The notes: a model not told the origin generated them from the sequence alone. A DNA stretch of 64,000 nt from Azolla caroliniana (GCA_043228905.1 JBHGNT010000010.1:17236001-17300000), one strand, 5' to 3'; numbered from the stretch's first letter, positions 24,701 through 38,206 are shown. Made by a program: numbers and translations.

Positions 24701-27620
24701 ATGTGCACCGGTCTCGCCTCTTCCGTAGTTCCTAGATTTACCTCCTCTAGTTGGGATGCTTTAACCCGTTGCGATACGGCCATTTCTCTTTCCAGTGCCT
24801 CCTGTGCTTGCCGTAGCTCTTGGATCACTTCTTTATTTGGTTCCTCGTCGGCTCCGTCCGGTGGTAGTATGTATGGTGATACGGCTTCAGCTACGTCGAT
24901 TTCGAACAGAGGTACGATCTTCGGATTATCCTGCAAGTATTCCTCTTCGTCTGCTAATCCGTCCAGCATATTGACGCATTCGGCATATAGGGGTGCCAAT
25001 TCCTTCCCGGTACCCGTCCGTGGTTGTGTCGGTACCCGTACTTTTGCTTTTCCCCGCCGAAAGGTGATTATATTCTTCCTCCAGTTTTGTTTAATGTGCG
25101 TCGTTTTCAACCACGGGCGCCCCAACAATAGTGGGTAAGCTCCTTGTGCCTGTAGTTGTAGCACTATTGTCGAGATGCAAAATGTGTGGCCGCCAATTGT
25201 TACTTCCAAATCTCGTATCAAGCCGGTCGGTCGCACTAAGCCTGTATCCGCCATCCCAGCCAGAACGGGCATGGTTCCCACTCTTGGATTCCCAAGGTTT
25301 TGCACATTCGGACGCTAATCACATTGATGCCGGATCCTCCATCTATTACTGTTCTGGGGGTAACTCCTTTCCCTTCACGATGGCTGTGATTGCCGAATTG
25401 TTTGTGTCTACTACCGCCGGTCCCTCCTCCGGATTTGAGAAGAATGTTGGAGCCGGTGGTGTTTCTCCTATCGTCATGCCTATCTTGAGTCCTTCTGTTT
25501 ATCTGGGCACTAGCTACAGGAGCCGTCCTAATGGCAGCATGATTTGGCATTCCTGCAATGCCTGCCATGTCGCATTTTCGGGCAGACTACCGCCGGCGAG
25601 CTCTTCGGTATTTTCCTTTTGCTGCGCAAGCTCTGCCATGTTTCGCGCATTCGCCTTTTCTACCCATTCCGTTGCCTGCTTGCAGATGGCCTCTTGCGCC
25701 TCCCATTCCGTCGCCTTACCCTTCGATCTTGTGGTTACCTATTGCAGGTCTGCGACTTCAGCGACTACCATGTTCACCGCCGGTCGTTTATCATAGCTCA
25801 TTTCCGGGCATTGATTACTATAATGTCCTTCTTGTTGGCAATAGTAGCAATATGCTTTCCGGGTAGTGTTGGATTCGGCGTTGTTTCCTGCTCCCGGTGG
25901 AGGACCTGTGGTAACGGCGGGGCTTTGATCCGGTTGGTTGCTTCAGGCGCCCTTCTCCAGTTCCCGTTGGTAACCCCTTTTCTTGAAATGGCGTTTCTTT
26001 TTGTTCCGATACTCTTGACGGGGCTGGTCATCATGTCTCCCGTAGGCTTCCCGTCATTGGTTGTAACCGGGGGATTGGTCTCGATTGTATCTTTCATACC
26101 GTCCATTATAATCCCGGTACTGATCATATCTATCATACCGGTCATAGTTGTCCCTGTACCGGACATCTTGTGCCGGTCGGTATCGCTCTTCTCGCCTCCT
26201 ATGTTCTTCTTCCTCCTCCTTGGTACTCCGTGGTTCGATTTGCCGAACCAGTGGTTCTTGGCAATTCAACAAATTGTACTCGCACTGCTCCATTGTGTGG
26301 TTCCTGGAATGGCACAGTAGACATTGCGACCGCATGGTACATTCTAGTGCTGAGTGTCCGACATTTAGGCATGTTGTGCATTGAATGGCATGTCGAAACC
26401 AGAGATCATCATCGGTTGGTAACGCTCATTGGAGTGCTCCCATTGTTAGCTAAGAGCTTGTTTTCTCCATTTCTCTAACCCGGTCGATGACCTGGTCGAC
26501 GGTACTTGTGCGAAAGTCGATAACCGTGCATACCGTACGTACAGGTTCCCGGAGCGTGGCTAAGAATATAGCCCGTGTTTCTTCCTCCGGAGGTGTTCAG
26601 GTAACCTGACTATGCATCCGTTGAAACCAGATGACAAACTGCGGAATGCTCTCCCCAGGGTCCTACCAGATGGTATAAAATAGGCCCACCATTTTCTCTC
26701 TGGTCCACCTCCTTCTGAAAGAAGTGCAAGAATTTAGCTTTCAGGTCCGCAAAGGTGGTGATGGTGTTGGGGTCCTGCGTCCGGTGCCATATGGCGGCCA
26801 GTCCTTCCAATGTCATGCCGAATTTGGCTATCTTAGATCGTTCCTCTTCGGCTGCGGTTAACCGTTGTGACACATGGTTCGCCTCCCATGTTTGTTGAAA
26901 AGTGTGAACATGAGCCTCCACGTCCGGGTCATCCCTATACTTGGGGTACTGGAACGACATGTCGTCGTCCGATGTTGGTGCGTGGGTTGGCGGTGTCAGT
27001 GGTCTTTCCTGCTCTTCCGTCGGCGTCGGAGATCGTTGCCTGTCGGTGTCAGTGGTCCTCTGTCGGAGTCGGAGGTCTTTGCCGGTCCTCTGTCGATGTC
27101 GGAGGTCTGTGTTCCTCCTCCTTCGGTGTTGCCGGCTTCTCCTCCTCGACTTCTGGTGTCAGAGGTCTTTCTTTGTACTCTTCCAACTCCGGAGGTTGCT
27201 CCACATCTAGTGCCGGAGGTTCTCGGTCTGACAATTCTGGTTCCGGTGTTGGTAATGTATCTGACTCCTCGTCCTCCGGTCCTCCTGGGTTGTCGTTACT
27301 GCTGCAATAGTTCGTGTGCGTGTTGTAACCCCCTTCCGAATCCGATTCCAGCACCGAAAATGCTTCGGATTCGCCGTCTCCTCCGGCCAAGGCCTGGAGA
27401 AGGGATTCCGCTTCCCGGAGACTGCTTAAGTTGCTTCCTTCGTCCAGGTAGGTGTTTTGTTGCAAACAGAGCGACTCCTCCGCCACTTTCCAGATAACTT
27501 TGGAAAATGATCGATCCGATCAGATTTCTTCCGCCGCTTGCTGGAAAGCCTCTCGCTGCCTTCGCCATTCAGCAAGTCTTCGTGCTCTCTCCGTAGTCGG
27601 GTTGTCCGTTAGCCTAGTCA
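21743..27620 (-). pseudogene. Gypsy gag-pol polyprotein, disrupted by stops and frameshifts
   Basis: ORF pieces 26610-26960 (gag-like), 25236-25568 and 24607-25305 (protease), 24232-24570 and 22765-24201 (RT-RH-IN zinc finger), 21743-22585 (integrase core and C-terminus). Confidence 0.9.
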
Positions 27621-27659
27621 TCAATTCCCGCCGCTGTTCACTGCGATTGTGCAGGAATC

Positions 27660-27669
27660 GTGGTCGCCA
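27660..27669 (-). promoter_or_regulatory. Primer-binding site of the Gypsy (tRNA-Arg-like)
   Basis: Minus strand reads LTR-CAGTTTT-TGGCGACCAC, complementary to a tRNA ending GUGGUCGCCA (plant tRNA-Arg(UCG) type, from memory). Confidence 0.75.
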
Positions 27670-29348
27670 AAAACTGTGTTAATCCTTAGGGCCGGACAAC
27701 AGCCTAACACAGGGTGTCCACTTAAGACACTTCACCAAAGGGTGTTACGGCGAGATAACTTACGACACAACGCTTAATTGGACCTTAATCGGTTACTTAG
27801 CAATACGTCATTAACACACGTAAGATATACAATAAGCACAGAACGGTGAACAATACTCAATGATTAAACAAAAGTTTTATATTACTCTCTGTTAATGACT
27901 ACATTGTAACCGGGCCTATATATAGGTCACCGGTGCGAAGTACAAAACGGTGCCAACTGGCACCTATTCAGGATCGGTCCGGATCCGGATCGGCATACCG
28001 ATTCCGGTCCGTCCGTCCACATCTTCTCATATATTAATATATTAAGACTAGTAATTACAAGAAATTCCCAAATAACAATTCCCCTTTTCACACTCTGGTC
28101 TGGACATCTTCTAGCCCTCTTGCCGGTCGGGTAACAACCTCCCCCATCAAAACCCTATCAACTAACTTAGCTATCAATCTCCACATTTTCATGGTTCCCT
28201 TGAGGGGAGGGAATGGGACCTCCTAGGCTCCTCCTAAACCCATTGTGCGTCTCCAATCATCTAAAGAGTGAAGCCCTGTTTGCGCCAAGTTTCCCCATGC
28301 TAGGCCCTTAAGCTGGTCTAACATCATGTCATCACTTGTTCGCACATGAGGGTTCCAAAATAATGGTTGTCTAGACCACTCGATTAGTGTCTCCGGCGTG
28401 TGCTTGACCAAATGATGTCGTACGTGACACCATGCCCGCAAGATGGAGTTTGTGACCTTGTCCTCCGGAAGACAAGCCATCTTGGGAGAGACTCCGCTCG
28501 TGCAACACCAATTCAAGGAGTCGGGCCAAGGCCTACCATACTTGGGAGTCCCTGCTTGCAACCTATTGCGAAGTAGAACCTTCCAACACCCCTTACCTGG
28601 CAGGAGGCAACGAACCACCATTTTGGCTAGCAATGCTCGGCTCTACATTAAGGGGTCTATGAGGCCAAGCCCCCCTTTGGCCCGCGGTTGTGTTAACCAA
28701 TGCCATGACACTCTGGCGGCAACCATCGGGTTGTTCTTACCTGACCATATAAACCCCTTGACGGTAGCCTTAATCGTGTGCAAGCCTGAAGGGTCCATAA
28801 TCCAGCTCGAGACTGAGTGCCACATGGTGGCGAGCATCACTTGGTTCGCAATAAGAACCCTACCAGCGAAGGATAGTTTAGATCTGCTCCATTGGTTCAA
28901 CTTCTTGCTTAGTTTGGGTTGCACATGGGACAGTTGCGCTCCCTTGGGGATTGCCCTCCCCATCGTAAATTTGAGGTACTTGAATGTCGTCCCATCAGGG
29001 ACCCATGCAAAATCAGCATGGGGATGCCACCTTGGCTTCTCTTGTTCGCTGAACCAGAGGCCTTGGGTTTTATCCCAATTGATCTTGGCACCAACAGCCT
29101 GACAAAAGTCTTCAACAAGATGTTCAGCTCGTTGCAAATTTGCATCATCGCCTTGCAAGAAAAGGACCGTATCGTCGGCATATTAAGATAACAGAAGATC
29201 CTCAATCACATTGGGGATGGGCAATCCCCTTAGTCCGCTACTTGGTGCTTGTAAGTAGGCTGAGAAAGCCTCGGTTACAAATAGATAGAGATATGGGGCT
29301 AGGGGACAACCTTGCCTCACTGAGCGATGTAGTTGGAAGGCGGGGCCC

Positions 29349-29520
29349 CTAGCAAAATTGATTAAATTGCTCCTTTTTATGACATTTGACATTTTTCTTT
29401 CTAGATTTGCTTCTACTCCTATAATTTCCATTATCATTTCCTCTTTGTCTTCTACCATGTTATTGGGGCTTGTGTTAACCAACCTATGCATCTCCAGTTT
29501 TATGTTTTGCATCTAGTTTG
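29349..29520 (-). mobile_element. Old Copia host, segment 3 (gag C-terminus)
   Basis: Minus strand RSRSKSRKKNVKCH..EQFNQFC, a degenerate gag knuckle collinear with the protease at 16500-16705. Confidence 0.55.
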
Positions 29521-29524
29521 AATT

Positions 29525-31545
29525 TTGAGCTTGAACTTGATGTAAACACCACTTTATGTGAAGGATGATATCTACATGGAAGAACTAAAGGGTTTTAATG
29601 AGAAAGGAAAAGAATAGTTAGTCTATAAGCTAAAAATGAAACTAAAGGGTTTTAATGAGAAATGAAAAGAATAGTTAGTCTATAAGCTGAAAATGAGTCT
29701 TTATGGCTTGCAACAAGCACCAAGACTATGGTATAAAAAGTTTGATTCATTCATTGGGAGTCAAAATTATGTTATGAATTAATGGAGAACATTGTGTTCA
29801 TGTACTTTTCTGAAGGTAAATTTATCATTCTTTTGTGTTATGTGACATGTCGATGATACATTACTGGTTTGACAAGATATAGGCATGATCCACAATTTGA
29901 GAGTAGATCAATTTAAGTCTTTTGACATAAAAGATATAGGGAATGCTAAACATATTTTAGGTATGGGAATTTCTCACAATAAGGAATGTGGAAAGTTGTT
30001 GCCTTTACAAGAAAAGTACATCGGATGAGTACTAAGGTTTAACATGCATTCTACAAAATTGACAAGTACTCTTCTTGCCTTTATATTTTGTTGAAAAGTT
30101 CATCGAAGTATAGAGGAAGAAAAAGAAGAGATGTCTTCAATTCCTTACTATTTGGTGGTTGGTTCCCTACTTTATGCATGGTTTGTATGCTGCCAAATAT
30201 TCCCCATGCCACGAATGTTGTAAGTAAATTTCAAATATTAGAAAGTCTCATTGGGATGTTGTGAAATGGATTTTTAGACATTTAGAAGACACATCTAGAT
30301 TAAGTTTATGTTTTGGAGGTTCTAAACCAATTCTTGAAGGTTTTGCAAATGAGAGACATGGCATCGAATCTTTGGGAGACAATCTACATACGACGACATT
30401 CCTATTCACTTATGTAGGGGTGGCCATATCATGGCAATCCAAATTGCAAAAGTGTGTCCCTTTCTTTACTATTGAAGCAAACTATATTGCAATCATAGAT
30501 TGACATATTCACATTCGTGGGGCCTGCCCCACAAATCCATACGAATAGGAATACGAATGCATGTAAATGTATTGGTCTTTTTTATAAAAAAACAAAAAAT
30601 AAAAAAATGTTTTTTCCCCTATGAGCGAGTGAACGAACAGTGAGCAGCGAGTGAGGAAGCCTCACCCTACTCCCTCCCCGTGCATGTTGCCCTCGCTTCC
30701 CTTTGCATATTGTTCTCGGCCAGCAAATTAGGGTTTCGGCCGAAAACCCTAATCTCTGTCATAGTCCTAATTTCGACAATATTTCTTTTTTTTGAACCCA
30801 CGTCCGTGACTCCCTCTCATGCTCTATTCTAATCCTACATCATGTTCTCAACTCCAAACTCAGGCTTTCACTAAAACCCTAAGTTTAGCTAAGTTTAGTA
30901 GAAGCCCTAATTAATTAACTAATATTTTTCAATTAATTAATTAATTTTTTAATGAATTAAGATATGTATACAATATTAGTAAATTAATTAATGTATTAGT
31001 GAGTCAATTAATGTTTAAGTGAATTAATTAATTATGATATTAGTGAATCTATGGTTGCAATTAGTGAATTAATGCCACGAATATTGTGCATGGGTCAATC
31101 TATGATTGATATTAGTGAATTAATGCCACGAATATTGTGCATGGGTCAATCTATGATTGATATTAGTGAATTAATGCCACGAATATTGTGCATGGGTTAA
31201 TCTATGATTGCAATAATTGAAGTGGGCAAAGAGATGCTTTGGATGAAAATGTTGGTTTCGAAATTGGGTTTGAATCAAGTAACTTATGTTATCATTTGTG
31301 CGAGTGATTTGAGCAAGAACGCTATATGTATACCATTCTTGCATGAAGCACATTGATATGATGTAATAAGCTATGCTTCACAATTGAATATAAACTAATA
31401 CAAGTAAAGAGATTTCAGAAATAAGGACAATGTTGCCAACCTGCTAATGAAGTTAGTGTCTTAGAAAAGCTTGAGCTATGTACCAAGCTTGTTGGACTAG
31501 ATGCAAATTAAGTTGCTCAACAGTAGCCAAAGGAGGAAATTCTTA
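29525..31545 (+). mobile_element. Degenerate Copia RT-RNase H fragment, interrupted by a MITE
   Basis: LDVNTT, SLYGLQQAPRLWYKKFDSF, WIFRHL, AISWQSKLQKCV and EANYIA|IIEVGKEMLW motifs; ~56-bp tandem duplication at 29583-29696. Confidence 0.8.
30494..31206. mobile_element. Non-autonomous hAT-like DNA transposon (MITE)
   Basis: TIR CATAGATTGAC..GT(C/T)AATCTATG; 8-bp TSD ATTGCAAT at 30486-30493 and 31207-31214; removing it restores the Copia EANYIAIIEVGKE frame. Confidence 0.85.
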
Positions 31546-34500
31546 ATGTTTCTAGACACATGTTTTATGTGTATGAATGGGCCATGGACACCCAAATGTT
31601 ACTTTTTAAATATTTGTGAATAGGGCCACAAATAAATGTACACTCTATGTAAGTCTCTCACCTTACCTTGTCTATTGCCTACATAAATGCCATGAGCGCA
31701 GTTTTATTGTTAATACAATACTAATTGTCTTCACTACTCTCTATGCGCATCCATTCTCCTCTCATGATCACCCTTACACATTTATTTGTGATTCTACCTT
31801 TCCTTCATATAGATCAAAATCCCCACAATTGGGTATCAATGATATGAGGGAACGGTTGCAACTTGCCACAACAATACTATTTTCCGCAAAACTGAGAATA
31901 GGTATATGCAATGACCTTTGCTAGAAATGTGCATGAAGTCCATAACTTTTATAGCAAAAACTTGGGTTACAACTTACCACTAAGGTATCCCTAACACAAC
32001 AATTGTTAACGCAATGTTCATAATTTCATGTGACCTCACTGTAATTCAAATATCACATTTGTTTGGCCACAACAAAAAAAACATTTATACTATTGAACAA
32101 TTGGTATCCACTCATAAAATCCATTGATAATATGTGCACTCAATACATATGAAGAACAAACTTGTTCTCCTATTATTAAATACAAAGTTTCACATTATTC
32201 TTTCTCGAATAAGGTTCATGATACTTTAAATAATCAATATATTTGTGAACTAAAGATTATGTTGGAACCAAATTTATTGACTTTGCTACAAATCAGAACA
32301 AAAACTCAAATGTCACGTTTGTTCCACCACTACAAAAACCAATATACTCTAGAACAATTGGTAAAAATCTATGAACAACCTATATGAGGAACAAAACTTT
32401 CCTGTGTAGCTAAATAGATTCGCCTATTTGGGGGAGAGAATAAAGTGGAGATATGCTCCACCAAGGTGGCTTTTTCCACCCCCCATTATAGAAGGATCAC
32501 AAATTTCGATGTGTAAATGGAGTTTCTAAGGTAGTTGCGTGAGGGCTTTTGCTATTCGACATGTTCATTGATGTGCGTATGATGGTTGTGTTTTCATGTA
32601 TGCGTTCTCTGTAGCCTTCGGGCATTTTTCCATTAATGCTAAGGTAAATCTTTCCAAAAAAAGGTAGTTGGGAATTGTTATTTCTCAACAGTTATCAATC
32701 TTATTTGTAAGGGCAAGATTATAATGGAAATTGTACCTCATTAAATGTTGGGAACAAACTCAAACTTTCTTTGTTTCATGACTACAAGAAACATTATATT
32801 GTTGAACAATTTATATCCACTCATAAATGCCATCAAGAATACAAGCATCTAAATCATCTCTTTGCTACTAAACAACAAGTTTCTCATTATTCTTTCAAGA
32901 ATCAATTGTATAAGGAAAATCTTGTATATTTTAGATGTATTACTTCAAGAGCAGTTTCGTTGGCTCATGATGATAAAGAAAGACCACGATTATGTTCTAC
33001 AATGTACAAAGTGTTGGGTCTATGAAGCATAACAACTAGAAATAACAGGCATTCCTAATCCTTTGGATATTCTTAAGGGAAAGTATTTTCATGCCTTCTA
33101 CCTATTGAAAGCCAAACCATGGAAATGACCATCACTTGATGTGGGTAGTTTTCAAAACCTTTCTTCTAAATTTTGTTTAGTCAATTAGGGATGTGAAATT
33201 TTTGTTGTGTTGATCATATAATTAGTGTTTGTCATTTCATTGATATTTACTTATAATCACAAAGTTATGCCAAATACCCAAACATTGATTGTAATCATTC
33301 TTGAATTTCATATTTTCTATTTGTGGTACTACATAACGCACCTAATTGCAAGAGGAATATTCCTCACGGAAAAACACATGGGTGTATTGCATGCTAACAC
33401 ATTTTCAGCCAAATATCTTATTCATTAATAATAGCAAATGTACACATTGTACCCCTAGAGCTTGTTAGTGACACCAATGAAGCATTTGATGGAGTACATG
33501 TATGGGTAGGGGTTTGGGGTTTCCTTAATGTCATGCTATATTATCAATCCACTTATAAAAACATCATGTCAATTTCATTGTGCCATTAAAAATAAACACT
33601 CAACAAAACAAAAGCCCAACATTTAGCTTAAATTGTAAGGCAGATTCAACCTTAAGAACCATGTATGAGCAAATGCGGGATAATAAAGAGTACAAAAATG
33701 GTGAGTGGGAACTCTTGAACAATATAAAATCAGATTGCTACAAAAAGTTAACACAAAGTGAAAGACGAATTTATTAAGAGTAAGTAGATGCAAAAGACAT
33801 TTATGATTTACATTGAGCACTTCATCAAAGCATCCAACTAACAGAAAAAAGGAGGAGATAGTTAAGTAGCAAATTCTGTACCAATCATCACTGATTGAAT
33901 TAGCTAAAAGATAGACAAAGGTACAAGATTTTCAATGCAAAATTTGATGACCAGAAACCAAGACATGCCCAAAGGGCATTTAGCAACAAGCCTTTAATAT
34001 ATATAATACTCATAAGGTGGGTGATAAGAAGATTTTCTCAGAATTGAAAGAATATTACATCTGTCTTGGAAAGTTATATGAAGGTGCTCTCTGGAATTTC
34101 TAAAGAAGGAAGCTTAGGAGCTTGCATGCCTTTTAACATCAATGTCACAACGATACATGCCCTATTTAGGTGGATCCTCAACAATATTTACAGTATTAAA
34201 CATTCTAAAAACAAATCACACTAAGCTATATATTAAATGGGCTTTCAGAGTGACTTTGTGTCCATCATGACAGAACACAACACATTGAAATTATAGCTGT
34301 AAAGACAGTTGGAGATTTTCTAGTTGAGAGAAAACAAGATAAAAATAGGACATTTTTCTAAAGCAAAACTAGATTTACACCAATAATCAACCCTTCATAT
34401 TATTCAAAATGTGCTCTCTAATGATAGCTTTTACATTTAGTATGTTGAACATAATACCAAGAGTTGTTTATATATGCAATGCAAAAACTCTTTCCAAAGT

Positions 34501-34591
34501 CAGCAAAGACACTCCGGCATATGCACCTTCGTAACTTTTAAATTTGGTTCTACATGAAACAAATAATTAGCCTGACATTTTGAGCCCCAGC

Positions 34592-37500
34592 TTACAAAGC
34601 ATTGATTAGCTTCTTCATGTCACTCCTCTTCCTCAAATTAGGTTCTTTCAAAGCTCTCTCTGTAAGAACCTGCTTGAGTCGGCACATTGACAATCTTACC
34701 TGTGCAATATAGAACTCTATTTTGTTAGATGTGCCCACCAAAAAAGGTAGAAAAAACATAACAAAAAAAACACATTGATCGTATACTCCCATCTCCATGA
34801 AGTACCTCTAAAGAACATGACCCGAGATGGATAGATAGATTTTACTATTGTCTTCAAACATCAAATATGACCTATGACACCAAAACATAACGTTTTCATA
34901 TAATACATGTGAAAGTCAGTGGCAACTCTTTGATGTTCAAGAATTCACTAATGAACGTCACAATTGAGCGTAAACAGTAACTATGCGAGAAATTCATGCA
35001 AGGATTGGGTTGGGTCTAGCATGTGTGAAAAGCATAATGAATGTGATCATAGGCAAAGCATTGTACCAAAGCGTCATACTCAAACTCCCAAACTTGTGTA
35101 GGGAAAAATGTGCATAGTTGACTAGTGTAATCACATACACACCAAAACCCCATCTCACATTTAAGCGAGTACGAATGAAATCATGTTAGAAAAATGGTGA
35201 ATGATTGAGCTTTAACATGTATTGGTGTGAACGGTCTCATTATTCAACAAAGAATATAATTTTCTAATTAGGTGCAACATATGGAGTATAACATGTGACA
35301 CATGAGCCTCCATATTTATCCCATGTCATGATGCATTTTTGTTGTAAAAAGGCCTCATTCGTGTATATTGATGCATAATGAAATAAATGTATTGCATCCC
35401 ATCTTCTACACCATTTTCCATATCTCGCATCCAATTGGGGCACACAATTTTACTTTTATATGCCTTCTGGATCTTGTTGCTTGGTTACTACACTATTTTA
35501 GGAAGCCAATGTGAGGTACATTTTTGTGCCTTAAGCATGTGCTCAATACCCCTTTCCATGGTTGTGATACGCAATAGAAAATGATCTCGTACTTCGACAC
35601 CAAGAAGGTTTTGTGAAGTCCTTTGCATTGTCTCATGAAAGAGGCAATATATTGATCTTCACTGCTCTTATCCCATTGATGTCACAAATTAAGCAATGCC
35701 TGCATGCTATGCAACAATAACATGAGGAAAAGAAACCAGGAGAATTTTGCAAAGTTTTGTGAAGTAATGATTCTATCACCAAAACAGCGTGCAACACCAT
35801 CGAGTAAGGTGCCATTTATTTGTTATTGCTAGTTGATTCATGCTAGGATTTGGATTTCCATGTTATTGCTAGTTGATTCATGCCACTTCCAAAGACTGCT
35901 TTAAGCAAGATTGTTGTATTTGGGTGGTGGTTGAAGATTTTCCTATAGTCTATTCGCCATTTTTGTTGGATGCTATGGCTATAATTTGGAAATGTTTTAT
36001 AGTAAGGATGGAAGTACTTGACCAAATTAAGAAAAAAATATTGCTCCCGGAGAATGTGCTATAGTTAATGCTGTGATGAACAAAATAAATTCTATACCTA
36101 GAGATATTCTTATTCACGAGGACCTTCATAAGAACATATATAGGGCATCTAATTTTTGCCTTGAAAATACCCTGAAAAGAGAGGTTGTATGGTATGAGTT
36201 TTCGAAAAGGAGTTGCGCTATCTTGATCATATGGTAACCCAATACCATAAGATGATAAAAGAAAACATAGCTCACTAAAAACAAAGTAAAAAATACATAT
36301 TTCCTTTCACTCACCTAGTTTCAGGTTTTTCACACAAACGTTGAAAAATAAGTCAGCCAAATGTTAGAAACAGCAATCTTGACCAATGATAACAAAGAAG
36401 CATCTTGTCATCACCATCGCAATGATATTGATTGTTAATGCCCAAGAAACAATATTTTGTTATACACGTTGGTGGTAGTGATTATGACATGGTGCAACAT
36501 TGCTTTTGAATAAAGGATGTTTGGGGTTGAAAGCTATACACGTACATCACTCAAATGTCATACATCATGCAAGAGAATGAACTTCTTGCGATGGTTCATG
36601 TCAGACTTTTGCCATTATCATATACTCTCTCTAGGTTTAATGACTAGCCTGACAAAATGACCACTTTTGCGTTTTGATGGTCATTTAGTTTTGTTAGAAT
36701 CATCTTATAAACATTAAGCTATTATTTTCAACCCTTGGGCTGTGGAAAGTGAATTTTTATTTGATTCACCACAAGTCATTTCTCTCATCTTATCTACATG
36801 AGAAGTGCACTTGACACTTCTTCATTCAACCCAGGTATAGCATGCAAAATAAAAGGAAATTCCTATAAAGTGATCATTGTCACATCCTACCAAAATCAGA
36901 AATGAGTATGATATTTCTTATACAATGAAATAAATGGTAACCAAGATTTTATAATAAATAAATACACATTAGGCCAAAAATTATTAGTGTTTCATCATAT
37001 TGTTACATAAGGAATGCATTTGATACTTCTTCATACAATCAAGCACAGACACCAGGACTTTATCAAAATAAAACAAAGATTGAGAAATGATCATATTTTC
37101 ACATGCCTAACTATGCTAGAAATGCATATTTTGATACAACCATGCACAGCATTGACACTTGCTTTTTTGACAAGGACTATATATAACAAAAAAAACAAAA
37201 TAGAAGCGTCAAATTTATTATCACTTTTAGTCAACCTAGGTAACACCAGCAATGCAATTGTAAACATCATCTATACAAGCAAACATATATGTATGTAAAG
37301 AGGGAAGAAGAAAGACTCGGTATCCTGACCTAAAAATATAGGCATACATGCATACATACCTTAGGCAGTCTCTCAGGATTGGGGAACATGAGGTTGTGGG
37401 AAGCCATGATGTGCTTCTGTGTGAGGAGCATGTTCTTCTCCCGCAGCAGCACATACCACAGCTTATGGAGGTCCTCCCATGACTTGAGCCGCAATTCGCA

Positions 37501-37899
37501 TGCCTTCCATGATCTCCCTTACGATGGGATAAGAACAATAAGCACATACACATACCCGAATCAAAATCAAATGTAACAAAAAGTAGGCAAAAGCAAATAC
37601 ACAAATACATGAGTAAATAGAAAACAAATAAACAGAATATAGACACAAGTTAAAACAGAGAACACAACAAAATAAACCGAAGAAATTTGCAGCTACATAC
37701 ATTTTATGCATTCATAACAGGCAGAAAATAAAAGCCAAGACAGAGAGGTTATAAACATACCATAGACTGGAGATTTGGTGGGGTCTGGATCTCGCCCAAC
37801 TTCAAAGAAGTCTTGGAGGCCACCAGCCCTGAGCTTCAGAGAAGAAGAAAAAGATGCAGCCGTGACCAGAGGGCGTCGCCCAAAAATCCTCGCCAGCAT
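34592..37899 (-). CDS. MRPL47: Mitochondrial ribosomal protein uL29m (MRPL47-like), 134 aa; exons 37899-37761, 37517-37360, 34699-34592
   Basis: Spliced product [76 protein letters not shown] carries the MRP-L47 signature; GT-AG introns with matching phases; R/S/A-rich transit-like N-terminus. Confidence 0.93.
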
Positions 37900-37994
37900 C
37901 GTCGTCTTTCTCTCTGCTCTGCTTCTCTCTTTCCTGCTCAAAGAAACTCCCAATTGATTTGTACAAAAACCTTAGGAAAAAAACCTTAGGAAAC

Positions 37995-38139
37995 TATGTT
38001 ATGTAATGTAATGTATGTATGTATGTATCATACGTATCATTATTGTATGTATATGTATTATGTACATATTGATATATGTATGTATGTATGTATGCACATA
38101 TTGATATATGTATGTATGTATGTATGTATGCACATATTG

Positions 38140-38172
<33 letters not shown>

Positions 38173-38206
38173 TGCACATATTGATATATGTATGTATGTA
38201 TGTATG
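37995..38206. repeat. Compound (TATG)n microsatellite with recurring CACATATTGATATA spacer
   Basis: Directly visible; ~100 bp upstream of the MRPL47 ATG. Confidence 0.95.

Larger units (their letters stand above)
18052..28136 (-). mobile_element. Full-length Ty3/Gypsy LTR retrotransposon (non-chromovirus type) with an extra ORF
   Basis: 460-bp LTRs at 27677-28136 (5') and 18052-18511 (3'), ~15 differences by eye; TSD ACCTC at 18047-18051 and 28137-28141; order gag, PR (VIDGGSG), RT (FLDD), RNase H (FVDASD), integrase (HHCC, WGLDFVGP, GPY); no chromodomain seen. Confidence 0.96.
16711..29348 (-). mobile_element. 5'-truncated L1-type LINE split by the Gypsy (pieces 16711-18051 and 28137-29348)
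   Basis: (TAAA)n tail at ~16711-16732; zf-RVT region KIKFFWWQI..CPLC..ETLRHCLW; RT end SVRQGCPLAPYLY, YADD, INWDKT, LSFAGRVLI and GGLGL in 28200-29348. Confidence 0.9.

Noticed and set aside
25544-26320. 258-aa plus-strand ORF and other antisense ORFs in the Gypsy
   Set aside because: Shadow frames of GC-rich gag-pol with no recognisable motifs.
16700-29360. TSD for the large L1 (TAACAATATT vs TAGCAAAATT)
   Set aside because: Two mismatches in 10 AT-rich bases; too weak to call.
31060-31214. 51-bp repeat array as CRISPR or satellite
   Set aside because: Head-to-tail copies of a MITE terminus without spacers.
31545-31842. Possible Copia 3' LTR followed by PBS-like TGGGTATCA
   Set aside because: Too degenerate, and there is no second LTR copy to set boundaries.
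34695-34702. CAG|GTAAG at the start of MRPL47 exon 3 as a recursive splice site
   Set aside because: Explained by the conserved Val-Arg codons; no independent evidence.
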